A DNA stretch of 64,000 nt from Hemiscyllium ocellatum. Taxonomy: Eukaryota. Location of the stretch: the NCBI RefSeq assembly GCF_020745735.1, contig NC_083404.1, positions 46,871,731-46,935,730 on the forward strand, in the 5' to 3' direction. Within the stretch, counting starts at the first letter, position 1. Each line of letters opens with the position of its first letter. Position numbers and translations under genes: made by a program. A model generated the notes under the pieces. That model saw only the letters and a list, made by a program, of their open reading frames with translations. It searched no databases and was not told where the DNA came from. Shown piece by piece: positions 21,301 to 32,039 of the stretch.

Positions 21301-24185
21301 CTCCGCCGGGGCAGGGGAACCTGGACTCTGGCTTTAGGGTACAGGACCTTGAGTGTAGGGAGGTTATGAACAAGGCAGCAATCTCGAAGGAGGGTGCCTG
21401 TAAACAGAAGGGTGGCTTGAAGTGTGTATACTTCAATGCCAGAAGTATAAGAAATAAGGTAGGTGAACTTGCAGCGTGGGTTGGTACCTGGGACTTCGAT
21501 GTTGTGGCCATTACAGAGACGTGGGTAGAACAGGGGCAAGAATGGCTGTTGCAGGTTCCAGGGTTTAAATGTTTTAGTAGGGTCAGACATGGGGGTAAAA
21601 GAGGGGGAGGTGTGGCATTACTTGTCAAGGATAGTATTACAGCGGTGGAAAGGACGATGGAGGAAGACTTGCCATCTGAGGTAGTTTGGGCTGAGTTTAG
21701 AAATAGGAAAGGTGAGGTCACCCTGTTAGGTGTTTTCTACAGGCCTCCTAATAGTCCGAGAGAAGTAGAGGATAGTATTGCGAGGATGATTCAGGAGAAG
21801 AGTGAAAGTAGCAGGGTGGTTGTTATGGGGGACTTTAACTTCCCAGATATTGACTGGGAAAGCTATAGCTCAAGGTCGTTAGATGGGTTGGTGTTTGTCC
21901 AATGTGTGCAGGAGGGTTTCCTGACACAATATGTAGACAGGCCAACAAGAGGTGAGGCTATACTGGATTTGGTTCTAGGTAATGAACCAGGCCAGGTGTT
22001 AGACTTGGAGGTAGGTGAGCACTTCGGGGACAGTGACCACAACTCGGTGACTTTTACTTTAGTGATGGAGAGGGATAAGTGTGCACTGCAGGGCAAGAGT
22101 TATAGCTGGGGGCAGGGAAATTATGATGTGGTGAGGCATGACTTAGGATGTGTGGATTGGAAAAACAGGCTTCAAGAGAAGAATACTAATGATATGTGGA
22201 GATTGTTCAAGGAACAGCTACTGAGTGTCCTTGATAAGTATGTACCAGTCAGGCATGGAGTTAAGGGTCTTGTGAGGGAGCCGTGGTTTAATAAGGAATT
22301 GGAATCCCTTGTGAAAGGGAAGAAGGCGGCATATGTAAAGATGAGGCGCGAAGGTTCAGTTGGGGCGATTGAGAGTTATAAGGTAGCCAGGAAGGATCTA
22401 AAGAGAGAGCTAAGAGCAGCGAGAAGGGGACATGAAAAGTCCTTAGCTGGTAGGATTAGGGAAAATCCAAAGGCTTTCTATAGGTATGTCAGGAATAAAA
22501 GGATGACTAGTGTAGGTATCGGTCCAGTCAAGGATAGTAGTGGGAAGTTGTGCGTGGAGGCGGAGGAGATTGGAGAGACACTAAATCAATACTTTTCGTC
22601 AGTATTCACTCAGGAACAGTACACTGTTGCTGGTGTGAATATTGAGTCACAAGTGATTAGAATGGATGGCATTGAAGTATGTAGGGAAGAGGTTTTGGGA
22701 ATACTGGAAAGGATGAAAATAGATAAGTCTCCTGGGCCTGATGGCATTTATCCTAGGATCCTCTGGGAAGCTAGGGAGGAGATAGCAGAGCCATTGGCCT
22801 GGATTTTTATGTTGTCATTGTCAACGGGAATAGTACCAGAAGACTGGAGACTGGCGAATGTGGTCCCCTTGTTCAAGAAGGGGAGTAGGGATAGCCCGAG
22901 TAACTATAGGCCAGTGAGTCTGACTTCTGTGGTGGGCAAAGTCTTAGAGAGAATTGTAAGGGATAAGATTTATGAACATCTGGATAGGAATAACGTGATC
23001 AAGGATAGTCAGCATGGTTTTGTGAAGGGCAGATCGTGCCTCACAAACCTTATTGAGTTCTTTGAGCAGGTGACTAAGGAGGTGGACGAGGGTAAAGCAG
23101 TAGATGTTGTGTATATGGATTTTAGTAAGGCGTTCGATAAGATACCCCATGGTAGGCTAATGCAAAAACTACGGAGGTATGGCATTGAGGGTGCATTAGA
23201 GGTTTGGATTAGAAATTGGCTGGCTGGAAGGAGACAGAGGATAGTAGTTGATGGTATAGGTTCATCTTGGAGTGCAGTTACTAGCAGTGTACCTCAAGGA
23301 TCTGTTTTGGGACCATTGCTTTTTGTTATCTTTATAAATGATCTAGAGGAGGGGCTTGAAAGCTGGGTGAGTAAGTTTGCGGATGACACAAAAGTCAGTG
23401 GAGTTGTGGATAGTGAGGAAGGATGTGGCAGGTTACAGCGGGATATAGACAAGTTGCAAAGCTGGGCAGAAAGGTGGCAAATGGAATTCAATGTAGCTAA
23501 GTGTGAAGTCATTCACTTTGGTAGGAGTAACAAGAAGATGAATTACTGGGCTAATGGTAGGCTACTTGGTAGTGTGGATGAGCAGAGGGATCTTGGTGTC
23601 CATGTACACAGATCTCTGAAAGTTGCCACCCAGGTAAATAGTGCTGTGAGGAAGGCATATGGTGTACTGGGCTTTATTGGCAGAGGAATTGAGTTCCGGA
23701 GTCCTGAGGTCATGTTGCAGTTGTATAAGACTCTGGTGCGGCCTCATCTGGAGTATTGTGTGCAGTTTTGGTCGCCATACTATAGGAAGGATGTGGAGGC
23801 ATTGGAACGAGTGCAGAGGAGGTTTACCAGGATGTTGCCTGGTATGGTAGGAAAATCGTATGAGGAAAGACTGAGGCACTTGGGGCTGTTCTCATTGGAG
23901 AAAAGAAGGTTTAGGGGAGATTTGATAGAGGTGTACAAGATGATTAGGGGTTTAGATAGGGTAGACACTGAGAACCTTTTACCGCTAATGGAGTCAGCTG
24001 TTACAAGGGGACACAGCTTTAAATTAAGGGGTGGAAGGTATAGGACAGATGTTAGGGGTAGATTCTTTACACAGCGGGTTGTGAGTTCATGGAATGCCCT
24101 GCCAGTAGCAGTGGTGAACTCTCCCTCTTTATGGTCATTTAAGCGGGCATTGGATAGGCATTTGGAAGTTATTGGGCTAGTGTAG
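21282..24185 (+). CDS. CR1 ORF2p: APE endonuclease + reverse transcriptase, uninterrupted (first ATG 21366)
   Basis: 967-codon frame: NARS, ITETW, YRPPN, GDFN, SDH (APE); NYRPVSLTS, YMDFSKAFD, PQGSVLGP, FADD (RT); CR1 C-terminal RPHLEYC/RGDLIEVYK. Confidence 0.97.
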   Translation: MGGFKLTPPGQGNLDSGFRVQDLECREVMNKAAISKEGACKQKGGLKCVYFNARSIRNKVGELAAWVGTWDFDVVAITETWVEQGQEWLLQVPGFKCFSRVRHGGKRGGGVALLVKDSITAVERTMEEDLPSEVVWAEFRNRKGEVTLLGVFYRPPNSPREVEDSIARMIQEKSESSRVVVMGDFNFPDIDWESYSSRSLDGLVFVQCVQEGFLTQYVDRPTRGEAILDLVLGNEPGQVLDLEVGEHFGDSDHNSVTFTLVMERDKCALQGKSYSWGQGNYDVVRHDLGCVDWKNRLQEKNTNDMWRLFKEQLLSVLDKYVPVRHGVKGLVREPWFNKELESLVKGKKAAYVKMRREGSVGAIESYKVARKDLKRELRAARRGHEKSLAGRIRENPKAFYRYVRNKRMTSVGIGPVKDSSGKLCVEAEEIGETLNQYFSSVFTQEQYTVAGVNIESQVIRMDGIEVCREEVLGILERMKIDKSPGPDGIYPRILWEAREEIAEPLAWIFMLSLSTGIVPEDWRLANVVPLFKKGSRDSPSNYRPVSLTSVVGKVLERIVRDKIYEHLDRNNVIKDSQHGFVKGRSCLTNLIEFFEQVTKEVDEGKAVDVVYMDFSKAFDKIPHGRLMQKLRRYGIEGALEVWIRNWLAGRRQRIVVDGIGSSWSAVTSSVPQGSVLGPLLFVIFINDLEEGLESWVSKFADDTKVSGVVDSEEGCGRLQRDIDKLQSWAERWQMEFNVAKCEVIHFGRSNKKMNYWANGRLLGSVDEQRDLGVHVHRSLKVATQVNSAVRKAYGVLGFIGRGIEFRSPEVMLQLYKTLVRPHLEYCVQFWSPYYRKDVEALERVQRRFTRMLPGMVGKSYEERLRHLGLFSLEKRRFRGDLIEVYKMIRGLDRVDTENLLPLMESAVTRGHSFKLRGGRYRTDVRGRFFTQRVVSSWNALPVAVVNSPSLWSFKRALDRHLEVIGLV

Positions 24186-24699
24186 GTTAGGTAGGATTCG
24201 GTCGGCGCAACATTGAGGGCCGAAGGGCCTGTACTGCGCTGTATTTTTCTATGTTCTATGTTCTAATCAACAAAACCAAGTGCTCCCCTTTAGCTTCAAT
24301 AAGCACCCATGGTCCTTGTGTACGTTTGTAATGTCTACAAGGTAGGTTTGATGTTCTAAAAAAGGTGGCAGCGAGTCATTATTTTAAATCTTGCTATTTT
24401 TATTTCCACTGATCAATAATTGGACACAATCTTTCACACAATTGCCGAAACTGTTCAGGAAAACGTGGGTTGGATTTGACATATATATGCTTCAATTTGA
24501 AGTTCGTACAAACTTGACTTGTTATAGACCCCTTTCTGATTGTTCCTAGGAAGAGCTCATCTGTCAGTTTGGAAGCAGTGTGACCCTGCCCAATTCCGGT
24601 TCACTTGGGTCTCTTACAGTTGCCAGAGGATGTAAATATTCATAAATATTTCAGTCTAGAATGGATTCAAATGCAGAACTAGTGCTAAAAGACAATGTT

Positions 24700-25272
24700 C
24701 TAAACTTGATTGAGTTTTTTGAAGAAGTAACAAAGAGGAGTGATGAGGGCAGAGTGGTGGATGTGATCTATATGGACTTCAGTGAGGCATTGGACAAGAT
24801 TCCCCATGGGAGACTGGTGAGCAAGGTTAGACCTCATGGAATACAGGGAGAACTAGCCATTTGGATACAGAACTGGCTCAAAGGTAGTAGACAGAGGGTG
24901 GTGGTGGAGGGTTGCTTTTCTGACTGGAGGCCTGAGCCTAGTGGAGTGCCCCAAGGATCAGTGCTGGGTCCACTACTTTTCATCTTTTATATAAATGATT
25001 TGGATGTGAGCAGAAGAGGTATCGTTAGTAAGTTTGCTGATGACACCAAAATTGGAGGTGTAGTCGACAGCGCAGAATGTCACCTCAGATTACAACGGGA
25101 TCTCAATCAGATGGGCCAATGGGCTAAGAAGTGGCAGATGGAGTTTAATCTAGATAAATGTGAGGTGCTGCATTTTGGGAAAGCATATCAGGGCAGGACT
25201 TATACACTTAATGGTAAGGTCCTAGGGAATGTTGCTGAACAAAGAGACCTTGGAGTGAAGGTTCATAGCTGA
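24700..25272 (+). mobile_element. CR1 internal RT fragment
   Basis: ORF 24661..25272: NLIEFFEEVT, PQGSVLGP, FADDTK. Confidence 0.93.
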
Positions 25273-25584
25273 TTAGTAGTGACATCGCCATGATGATGCA
25301 GCAGTTAATGATATTTGACAATTAATAGCTGACTGTGGTTTAAATTTTATTCCATCGAATGTGGTTTTTCATGGAAACCAAAAAAATGTTTGCAAAAGCT
25401 TAGCCTAGTGGAGATCTAATGGCAATGCCACGTTTGTTGGGTTACATGAGAAATGGTAAGTAACATCTTATCCCATACATAATTTCGATATGTAAATGAT
25501 ACATCTGCTATGTTTGAATCCACAGCTGAATTAATCATTTTCTTGCATGCCTTAACAGATTCTAAACTATACTCAGATTCAGTA

Positions 25585-25989
25585 CAGGTAGAAGATCCTT
25601 TATCCGAAATGCTCGGAACCAGCTGTTTTGCGGAATTCGGAATTTTTCAGTTTTCAGAATGTAGACAGTTTAATGGTGAAAGGTTTAAACATCTTATCAG
25701 AGAAGCAGACTTCTAACTAAGAACATGCTTGGCCCCACCACGTCGCATCTGGGTGACACACATCGAGTGGGTGTTGACCTGGGATCATTCATCGAGAAAC
25801 CCCAGGCCTGTCGGTGCTTGGCCACACACCCCCATGTTGCATCTGAGTGACACGCATCGAGTGGGTGTCCACTTGGTTAACTGTTTGCTTGCCAAACAAC
25901 CTTCTTAATGAGAAATAGAACTTCACAAAAATCCTTTGGATTTCGGAGCTTTTTAGTTTGTAGATGTTCTGATAAAGGATCTTCTACTG
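25585..25989. mobile_element. Tc1/mariner (pogo/Tigger-like) MITE
   Basis: TIRs CAGGTAGAAGATCCTTTATC / GATAAAGGATCTTCTACTG; TA TSD at 25583-25584 and 25990-25991; no ORF; internal ~57-bp duplication. Confidence 0.85.
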
Positions 25990-26094
25990 TACTGAAATGG
26001 AGCAGTCAAATTTGCTTCAAACCTTAATTCCAAGTTGGGAAATCAGCCAAAGAGATATCTACAAATGTTTACTGCAAACCTACCTTCACTGGAT

Positions 26095-26228
26095 CCATTC
26101 TGAAGAAGGGTCATGAGATCTGAAACATTAACTGTGCTCTCTCTCCACAGATGTTGGCAAATCTGCTGAGTTTTTCCAGCAATTTCAGTTCTTGTTTCAG
26201 ATTTCCAGAATCTGCAATTCTTTCTTAT
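26095..26228 (+). mobile_element. Short PLE-tail element with hammerhead motif
   Basis: CUGAAGA-A-GGGUC-AUGA-GAUCU-GAAA-CAUU (26100-26129) followed by the tail CAGATG...CTGCTGAG...TCCAGC. Confidence 0.75.
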
Positions 26229-27089
26229 TGGGTTTCACTGGTCAACATAAGCATTGGGATTCCGACAGTTCTGGATGCTATAAGGTTGGGGCTTTACCAA
26301 ATATCATAGTAGCTCAAGTCATTTGTTTATCTTGCAAACATACTCTGAAACGCGGTGCATCAAAACCATGGGATAATGGCCAAACTGATCAGACCATCTC
26401 TCACCATATAGCTTATAAACTCATAAACAGGCCTAAAGCCTTCACTTTCAATCTTGAAAGGTGCTCAATTGACCTTAAGTTATGACAAAGAGTTTGAAAT
26501 GTTTGAGCAACAGGTAAAGCTGGTGGTTTCATGCTGCCACTATGTGGAAGCAATAAGATTGGTGTACACCACTAACAGGATGCTGCCATCAAACTAAAAA
26601 GACGCCCTGCCTTACATACAAATTATTGATGTGGCATTTGAATTTCAGTGTTGGTGTGATGCTATACGACATGTGTCCCAAAGGCTGGAGGATCATGTTC
26701 AGAAGACTGTCACTTCAGCTGTTTGTAACAAGCAAGTTACTAACCAGACTCAACCAGTACATGCTTGCAAAACTCAACAGAGAATCCAATATTAAATATG
26801 AATGCAATTTTACAACCTTTTGTAAATAATCCTAAGTGCAAATAATGATGTTGACAACCAATGCTTTCAGTGTCTTGTATATGTGAGTACTGGAAGCTAC
26901 ACTGGTTAATGCACATGCCTTTTTTTTGCAGTTGGAAAGAATATGTTCACAAATTGTGCCTACTTCAACTTAACAAAATACATCACAGTCATTCTCTGGC
27001 TCATTTCTTAGCGTAATGTCTTAACTAGTCAGAGTCTTCTGTCTGGTTTAAAATTTAAACAAAGCCTAGCAATTAACTGTCAGTCATGT

Positions 27090-27720
27090 TTGAGTTCATT
27101 GCTCAGACCTTTGAGTGTAGGAGTTAGGAAGTCATGTTGAAATTGTACAGGACATTGGTGAGGCCCCTTCTGGAATATTGTGTCTGGATCAGATGGCCCT
27201 GTTATAGGAAGGTTATTGTTAAGCTGGAGGGGGTTTAGAGACAATTTACCAGGATGTTGCCGGGAATGGAGGGTTTGAGTCACAAGGAGAGGTTGGATGG
27301 GTTGGGACTTTTTTCACTGGGTCGTAGGAGATTGAAGGGTGATCTTATAGAGGTTTTTAATATCATGAGGTGTATAGATAAGGTGAATAGTAGGTGACTT
27401 AGCCATATGGTGGGGGATTTCTAGACTAGGGGGCACATTTTTAGGGTGAGAAGAGAAAGGTTTAGAAAGCACATGAGGAGCAATTTTTTCCGCAGAGTGT
27501 GTGGAATGTGTGAGTGGAATGAACTTCCAGAGGAAGTAGTGAATGTGGGTACAGTTACAACATTTAAAAGACAATTAGGTAAGTACAAGAATAAGAAGTA
27601 TTTGGAGGGATATGGGCCAAGCACAGGCAGGTGAGACTTGTTTAGTTTGGGATTACGGTCAGTATGGACTGGTTGAAGCGAAGGGTTTGTTTCCATGCTG
27701 TATGACTCCACGATTCTATA
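27090..27720 (+). mobile_element. CR1 3' fragment
   Basis: WNELPEEVVNVGTVTTFKRQL (ORF 27446..27634); CR1 3'UTR. Confidence 0.9.
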
Positions 27721-28535
27721 ACTAGTGCAATTTCCTTGGCAACAGCTCTGCCAATTAAGTCCACTTGCCAAACAGTCAGCACTCATTGCTGATACAGAAT
27801 AAATATCGCTTTCTCTTAACTTTGCTATTTCGTGAAAATTTTCCTGTCAAACACGCAAACATACAAACAGAAGAAATAGGATTAGATGTAGGCCAATTTG
27901 CCGCCCAATCTTCTCACAACGTTCAATTAGATCATGGATGATTGGTCTCTGTTTTAAATTCCATACTCCCATTGATCCCTCTGATCCCCTCGTCAAACAA
28001 AAATCTACAATCTAACCATGTCTTAAAACTATTCATCAAACAGAGATTTCCAAATCCCATAACCATCCAAGAGAAATAAATTCCCCTCATCTAAGTCAAT
28101 ACATTTGAACTATTCACTTCAAGCATCTTTTGCAGGGCACCAGTGTAACCCATTCCCAACACCTCTCCATATCCGCACAGTACCTACACATACCATCAAA
28201 AAAGGTGCAACACTCACCAGTTTATCTCCTCCTTCCTTACAATCCAATGATCCAGACATACTTTCAAGGTAAAGCAAAAATTTACCAGCACTTCATTCAA
28301 TCTAGTCCACAGTATTCGTTCCTCTACATAGTTAAAAATCACACAACACCAGGTTATAGTCCAACAGGTTTATGTGGAAGCATTAGCTTTCAGAGCATTG
28401 CTCCTTCATTAGTGGTTGATGAAGGAGTAATGCTCTAATAGCTAGTGCTTCCAAATAAAAACATTGGACTAGAGCCTGGCGTTGTGTGATTTTTAACTTT
28501 GTCCACTCCAATCCAAAATTGGCTCCTCCACATTT

Positions 28536-28565
28536 TAGCTTTCAGAGCGCTGCTCCTTCATCAGG
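28536..28565 (-). ncRNA. Minimal hammerhead core of the second PLE family
   Basis: Minus strand C-CUGAUGA-A-GGAGC-AGC-GCUCU-GAAA-GC-UA; palindromic AGCU in place of stem III; 3' strand of stem I missing in this copy. Confidence 0.65.
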
Positions 28566-29089
28566 AGCTGTGGAGCAGGATCATACGATACAGAATTAAT
28601 AGCAAAAGATGTCAGTGATATGCAACTAAAACAATATATGAACAAACCTTTCATCTTTCATCTTTTAGAATGGATTGCTGATTTCAGTTCATTAATATGT
28701 AAATCCCAGAACTTCTTTCCAGTCATATTCTTGAGATAACTTATGATTTTATAAGAACAGGTGACATCTCAGCTCAGACAATGCATTAAAGGTGTGAGCT
28801 TACAGTCTGTCTCTATCCCAATCTTGAACCAGACTGGTTCTATTCCGAAGTAGGAATTTTTAAACGTTACATGGATTGACTGCTTGCATTGACTGCCCAT
28901 AGATAGTGTGCTTTTTGAACAAAATAGAATGTATCTGCAAATGCAAATTCACTCCTTAGAGTTACATGTGTGTGCGCATCCATGACAGAGAGAGAGAGTG
29001 TGTGTGTGAGAGAGATATGGGGGGAAGAGAGTGTGAGTGTCTTGCAAGCAAGTGTGAGTGCATTTGAGAGTGTGTGTTTGCATGCTTGG

Positions 29090-29105
29090 TTGTGTGTGTG
29101 TGTGT

Positions 29106-29157
<52 letters not shown>
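29090..29157. repeat. (TG)n microsatellite within PLE 3' region
   Basis: Direct read, one TA interruption. Confidence 0.97.
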
Positions 29158-29159
<2 letters not shown>

Positions 29160-29809
29160 AGTGTACTCAGGTCATCTGTAGTGTGGCATGAACCCAAGGT
29201 CCCGGTTGAGGCCATCCTCATGGGTACTGAAAGCTTCTGTACTCAGGAGGAGGGCCTCAACCAGGACCTTGGGTTCATGTCACACTACAGGTGACCTCAC
29301 TACACTGTACAAAAAAACACACAAGCACACATATATTTACACACTCACACACTGGCAGACACCTGCATCCATTGCTCCCAGCATAGCCAACCCATTTTCA
29401 ACTATTCACATTTATAGTTAACGCCCATTCAGTATTTATCTCTCTCTTGGCTAATTGTCAGCAATCTCTTTTTCTGCTTCTCTTTCTTTTCTCTCTCTTT
29501 CTGGCACCATCTCCATCTATTAGACTCACTCCTTCCCTCACCGTCGCTGCAACCCAAAGCCCTCACCATCAGCACAACTCCCACCATTTCCCAGATGCTT
29601 TCAGTTCTGAAGAAGAGTCATAATAGACTAAAAACTTTGACACAGTTTTTCTCTGCACAGATTCTGCCATACTTGCTGAGTTTCTCCAGCACTTAGTATT
29701 TTTGTTACACAACGTTTAGTGCTTGGTATATTTGCATTCTGTGATCCCTTTATTCCCTCCAAAACATAGCACCTCACAGTTATTGGTGTTATGACGGGAT
29801 CTAATTGAA

Positions 29810-30162
29810 CATACACAATACTGAGTGGCCTGGATAGAATAGATTTTGGAAAAATGTTTCCTTTGGTAGAAGAGACTAAGACCTGAGGACACAGTCTTAG
29901 AGTAAAGAGGAGACCTTTTTGAACAGAGATAAGGACAAACGTCTTCAACCAGAGAGTGGTGAATCTGTAGAATTCATTGCTACAGAAGGCTGTGGAGACC
30001 AGGTCATTGAGTATATTTAAGACTGGGATGGATAGGTTCTTGAGTATCAAGGGAATCAAACGGAAGAATGGGGTTGAGAAACTTATCAGCCATGATTGAA
30101 TGGCGAAGCAGACTCGATGGGCTGAATGACCTAATTTCTGTTCCTATGTCTTATAGTCTTAT
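29810..30162 (+). mobile_element. CR1-group 3' fragment
   Basis: AGAGAGTGGTGAATCTGTAGAATTC...GATGGGCTGAATGACCT...TCTTATAGTCTTAT tail. Confidence 0.8.
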
Positions 30163-32039
30163 GAAATTCATTTGCCAACTGTTTTCCCACTCGGTAGGTT
30201 TATTACCGCCCTATTGTAATTTGTTGCAGCTTTCTCAGTGCAGATTGTATCTTCCTAATCCAGGACCATCTAGTCCAGTTCCTTCAGTTCTATTTCAGTT
30301 CCAGTTCCAGATTCAGGTTTGGTCTATGTGAAGTTGCTGTTCGGGTCATGAGGTCATAAAATGCACATGCCCTATTATGTATTTATTTTAATAAAGTACT
30401 TTTATTTCTGTCTGGAATAATTTCAGATTGTACTCTTGTCATACACAGATTGGGCTCTTGAGAAAAATGATTTATTTTCTTACTCACAGCTGGATGTGGG
30501 AGACAAAAAGAGACTAAACGTTTCAAATGCACACAGGAACAAATGCCTCTGGTGTTGTTAGCGCTTGTGCAACTTTATCCTTTTCCAGCTTCAGGGAACC
30601 TTCAAAATATGACTTACGCAAGAACATGTAATTGAATCTAATAATAAAAAGAGGGTTGCACTGTACTTTTTAAGCATGTTTAAAAAGCTCCCATACTGAC
30701 CTCGACCCTCCTGTGATCCAACAATGTTTTCAATCTGGCAAAGTCCCAGTCCTAAAATTGGTGGGTTACAGAGGTAAAACCTGTATTGACGATTGCTTTC
30801 CCACCTCCACCCACCTCACCATAACTTTGAGCCTGGAGGCCGGGTTTGCGTTTGCAACCTTTATATCTTCAATATCTCACTCTGACTATAACCTGCTTCA
30901 GTGTGTTCTCTCTTGCTCCCATATGGACCCACACTGATGGTGTTGCCAATAAACGTTTGAGAGACATCGGAACTTAAGACATGAAGGATGGGCCAATTAA
31001 TCCATTGTGCCCTTGGTGCATCGTTGAAAGAACTTTCAAGTTAGTTCACTTTTCTGCACTTTTTCCATAACTCAACTACTTTGTGTACTTAAAACAGGTG
31101 CAATTGGAAAGAATGGATCTGTACCACTAAATATGTTTAAGAGAATTAACTGCCATGAAAAGAACATGTGACAAGATCTCTAACTCCAATTCTGACCCTA
31201 TCTTAACTATGACATAATCACTGCAAGTTTATGAAGTCACATAAGTGGATAGATTAACAGGAAATGTTTTTTTTAAAATATACATCTAATTTTGCAGCTT
31301 CGATGAGAAACTGGGTTCACCTTAGGAGACAATCACTTAAATGTCTCGTATTGCTCTGTGAATAATACTTCATGCAATTTGAAATCCATTTCGATATGGA
31401 TATACAATGATCCTTTAAAAGGGGCTTGCAGACATGAAATAAATCATTATGTAGACCACCATCTGTAACATTTTCTTTCTGGAGGTCACAGGTTAATATG
31501 GCCTAAACTGACATGTTTGACTAAACTAACAGTCTTATTCTTTAAACTACTGATAATAAAACTCCTCTGGGCATGACAGCAGCTTGACTGTATCCTGTAT
31601 TTATGGAAATAAGTCATGAATTAAACCCTAAGAATTACAATAAGTTCTCTCTTGTCTCGAACACAACCAAAATTCTGTGAAATTGTGTTATATAGAATAG
31701 ATTGGGATGGGACAAAGAGGGCTTTTATAATCAATCTTGCACACAACAGGACTGATGAAACTGTTGCGTCCTATAAATGATACCACACTTTTGCATTGAT
31801 CGTACTTCAACCAGCAACAGCCTTTCAACATATAGCTCACTATTACCTTTACTGCTCAAGACTAACTTTATTATTTGAGGTCTCAATTGGTGCACATTTT
31901 GCCTATACTTTTCTCGTATGTTGCTGACATTTTCCTGATCCATCAGACATTTTTGGCACTTATTTTAATAGTTATGGATTTTTTTTTTCTGTTTCGCTTT
32001 GGGGATGAGTAGAGGTGAGAAGCAAATTACTTAAAAGCT

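Larger units (their letters stand above)
19936..24264 (+). mobile_element. Full-length young CR1-clade LINE
   Basis: CpG-rich 5'UTR, ORF1, intact ORF2, 3' stem-loop GGGCCGAAGGGCC, (TTCTATG)n tail; possible 4-bp TSD AATC (19932-19935 and 24265-24268). Confidence 0.97.
28330..29345 (-). mobile_element. Second PLE family: 3' region with two long inverted repeats
   Basis: Hairpin 28330-28498; hammerhead on minus strand at 28536-28565; GIY-YIG C-terminus GLNQDLGFMSHYR present in both orientations within 29156-29311. Confidence 0.8.
28130..29706 (+). mobile_element. Degenerate Penelope (parts ~28130-28329 and ~29350-29706) split by a second PLE family
   Basis: FTSTSFNLVHSIR remnant at ~28280-28320; 3' part ends in CUGAAGA-A-GAGUC...GACU (29607-29629) and the common tail. 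Confidence 0.6.

Noticed and set aside
24661-25272. 203-aa ORF with an upstream ATG as a possible domesticated RT gene
   Set aside because: First ~13 codons are flanking DNA; the rest is an ordinary truncated CR1 RT piece with degenerate motifs (DFSEALD)
28949-29294. His/Thr- and Cys/Val-repeat ORFs
   Set aside because: Translation of the (TG)n microsatellite
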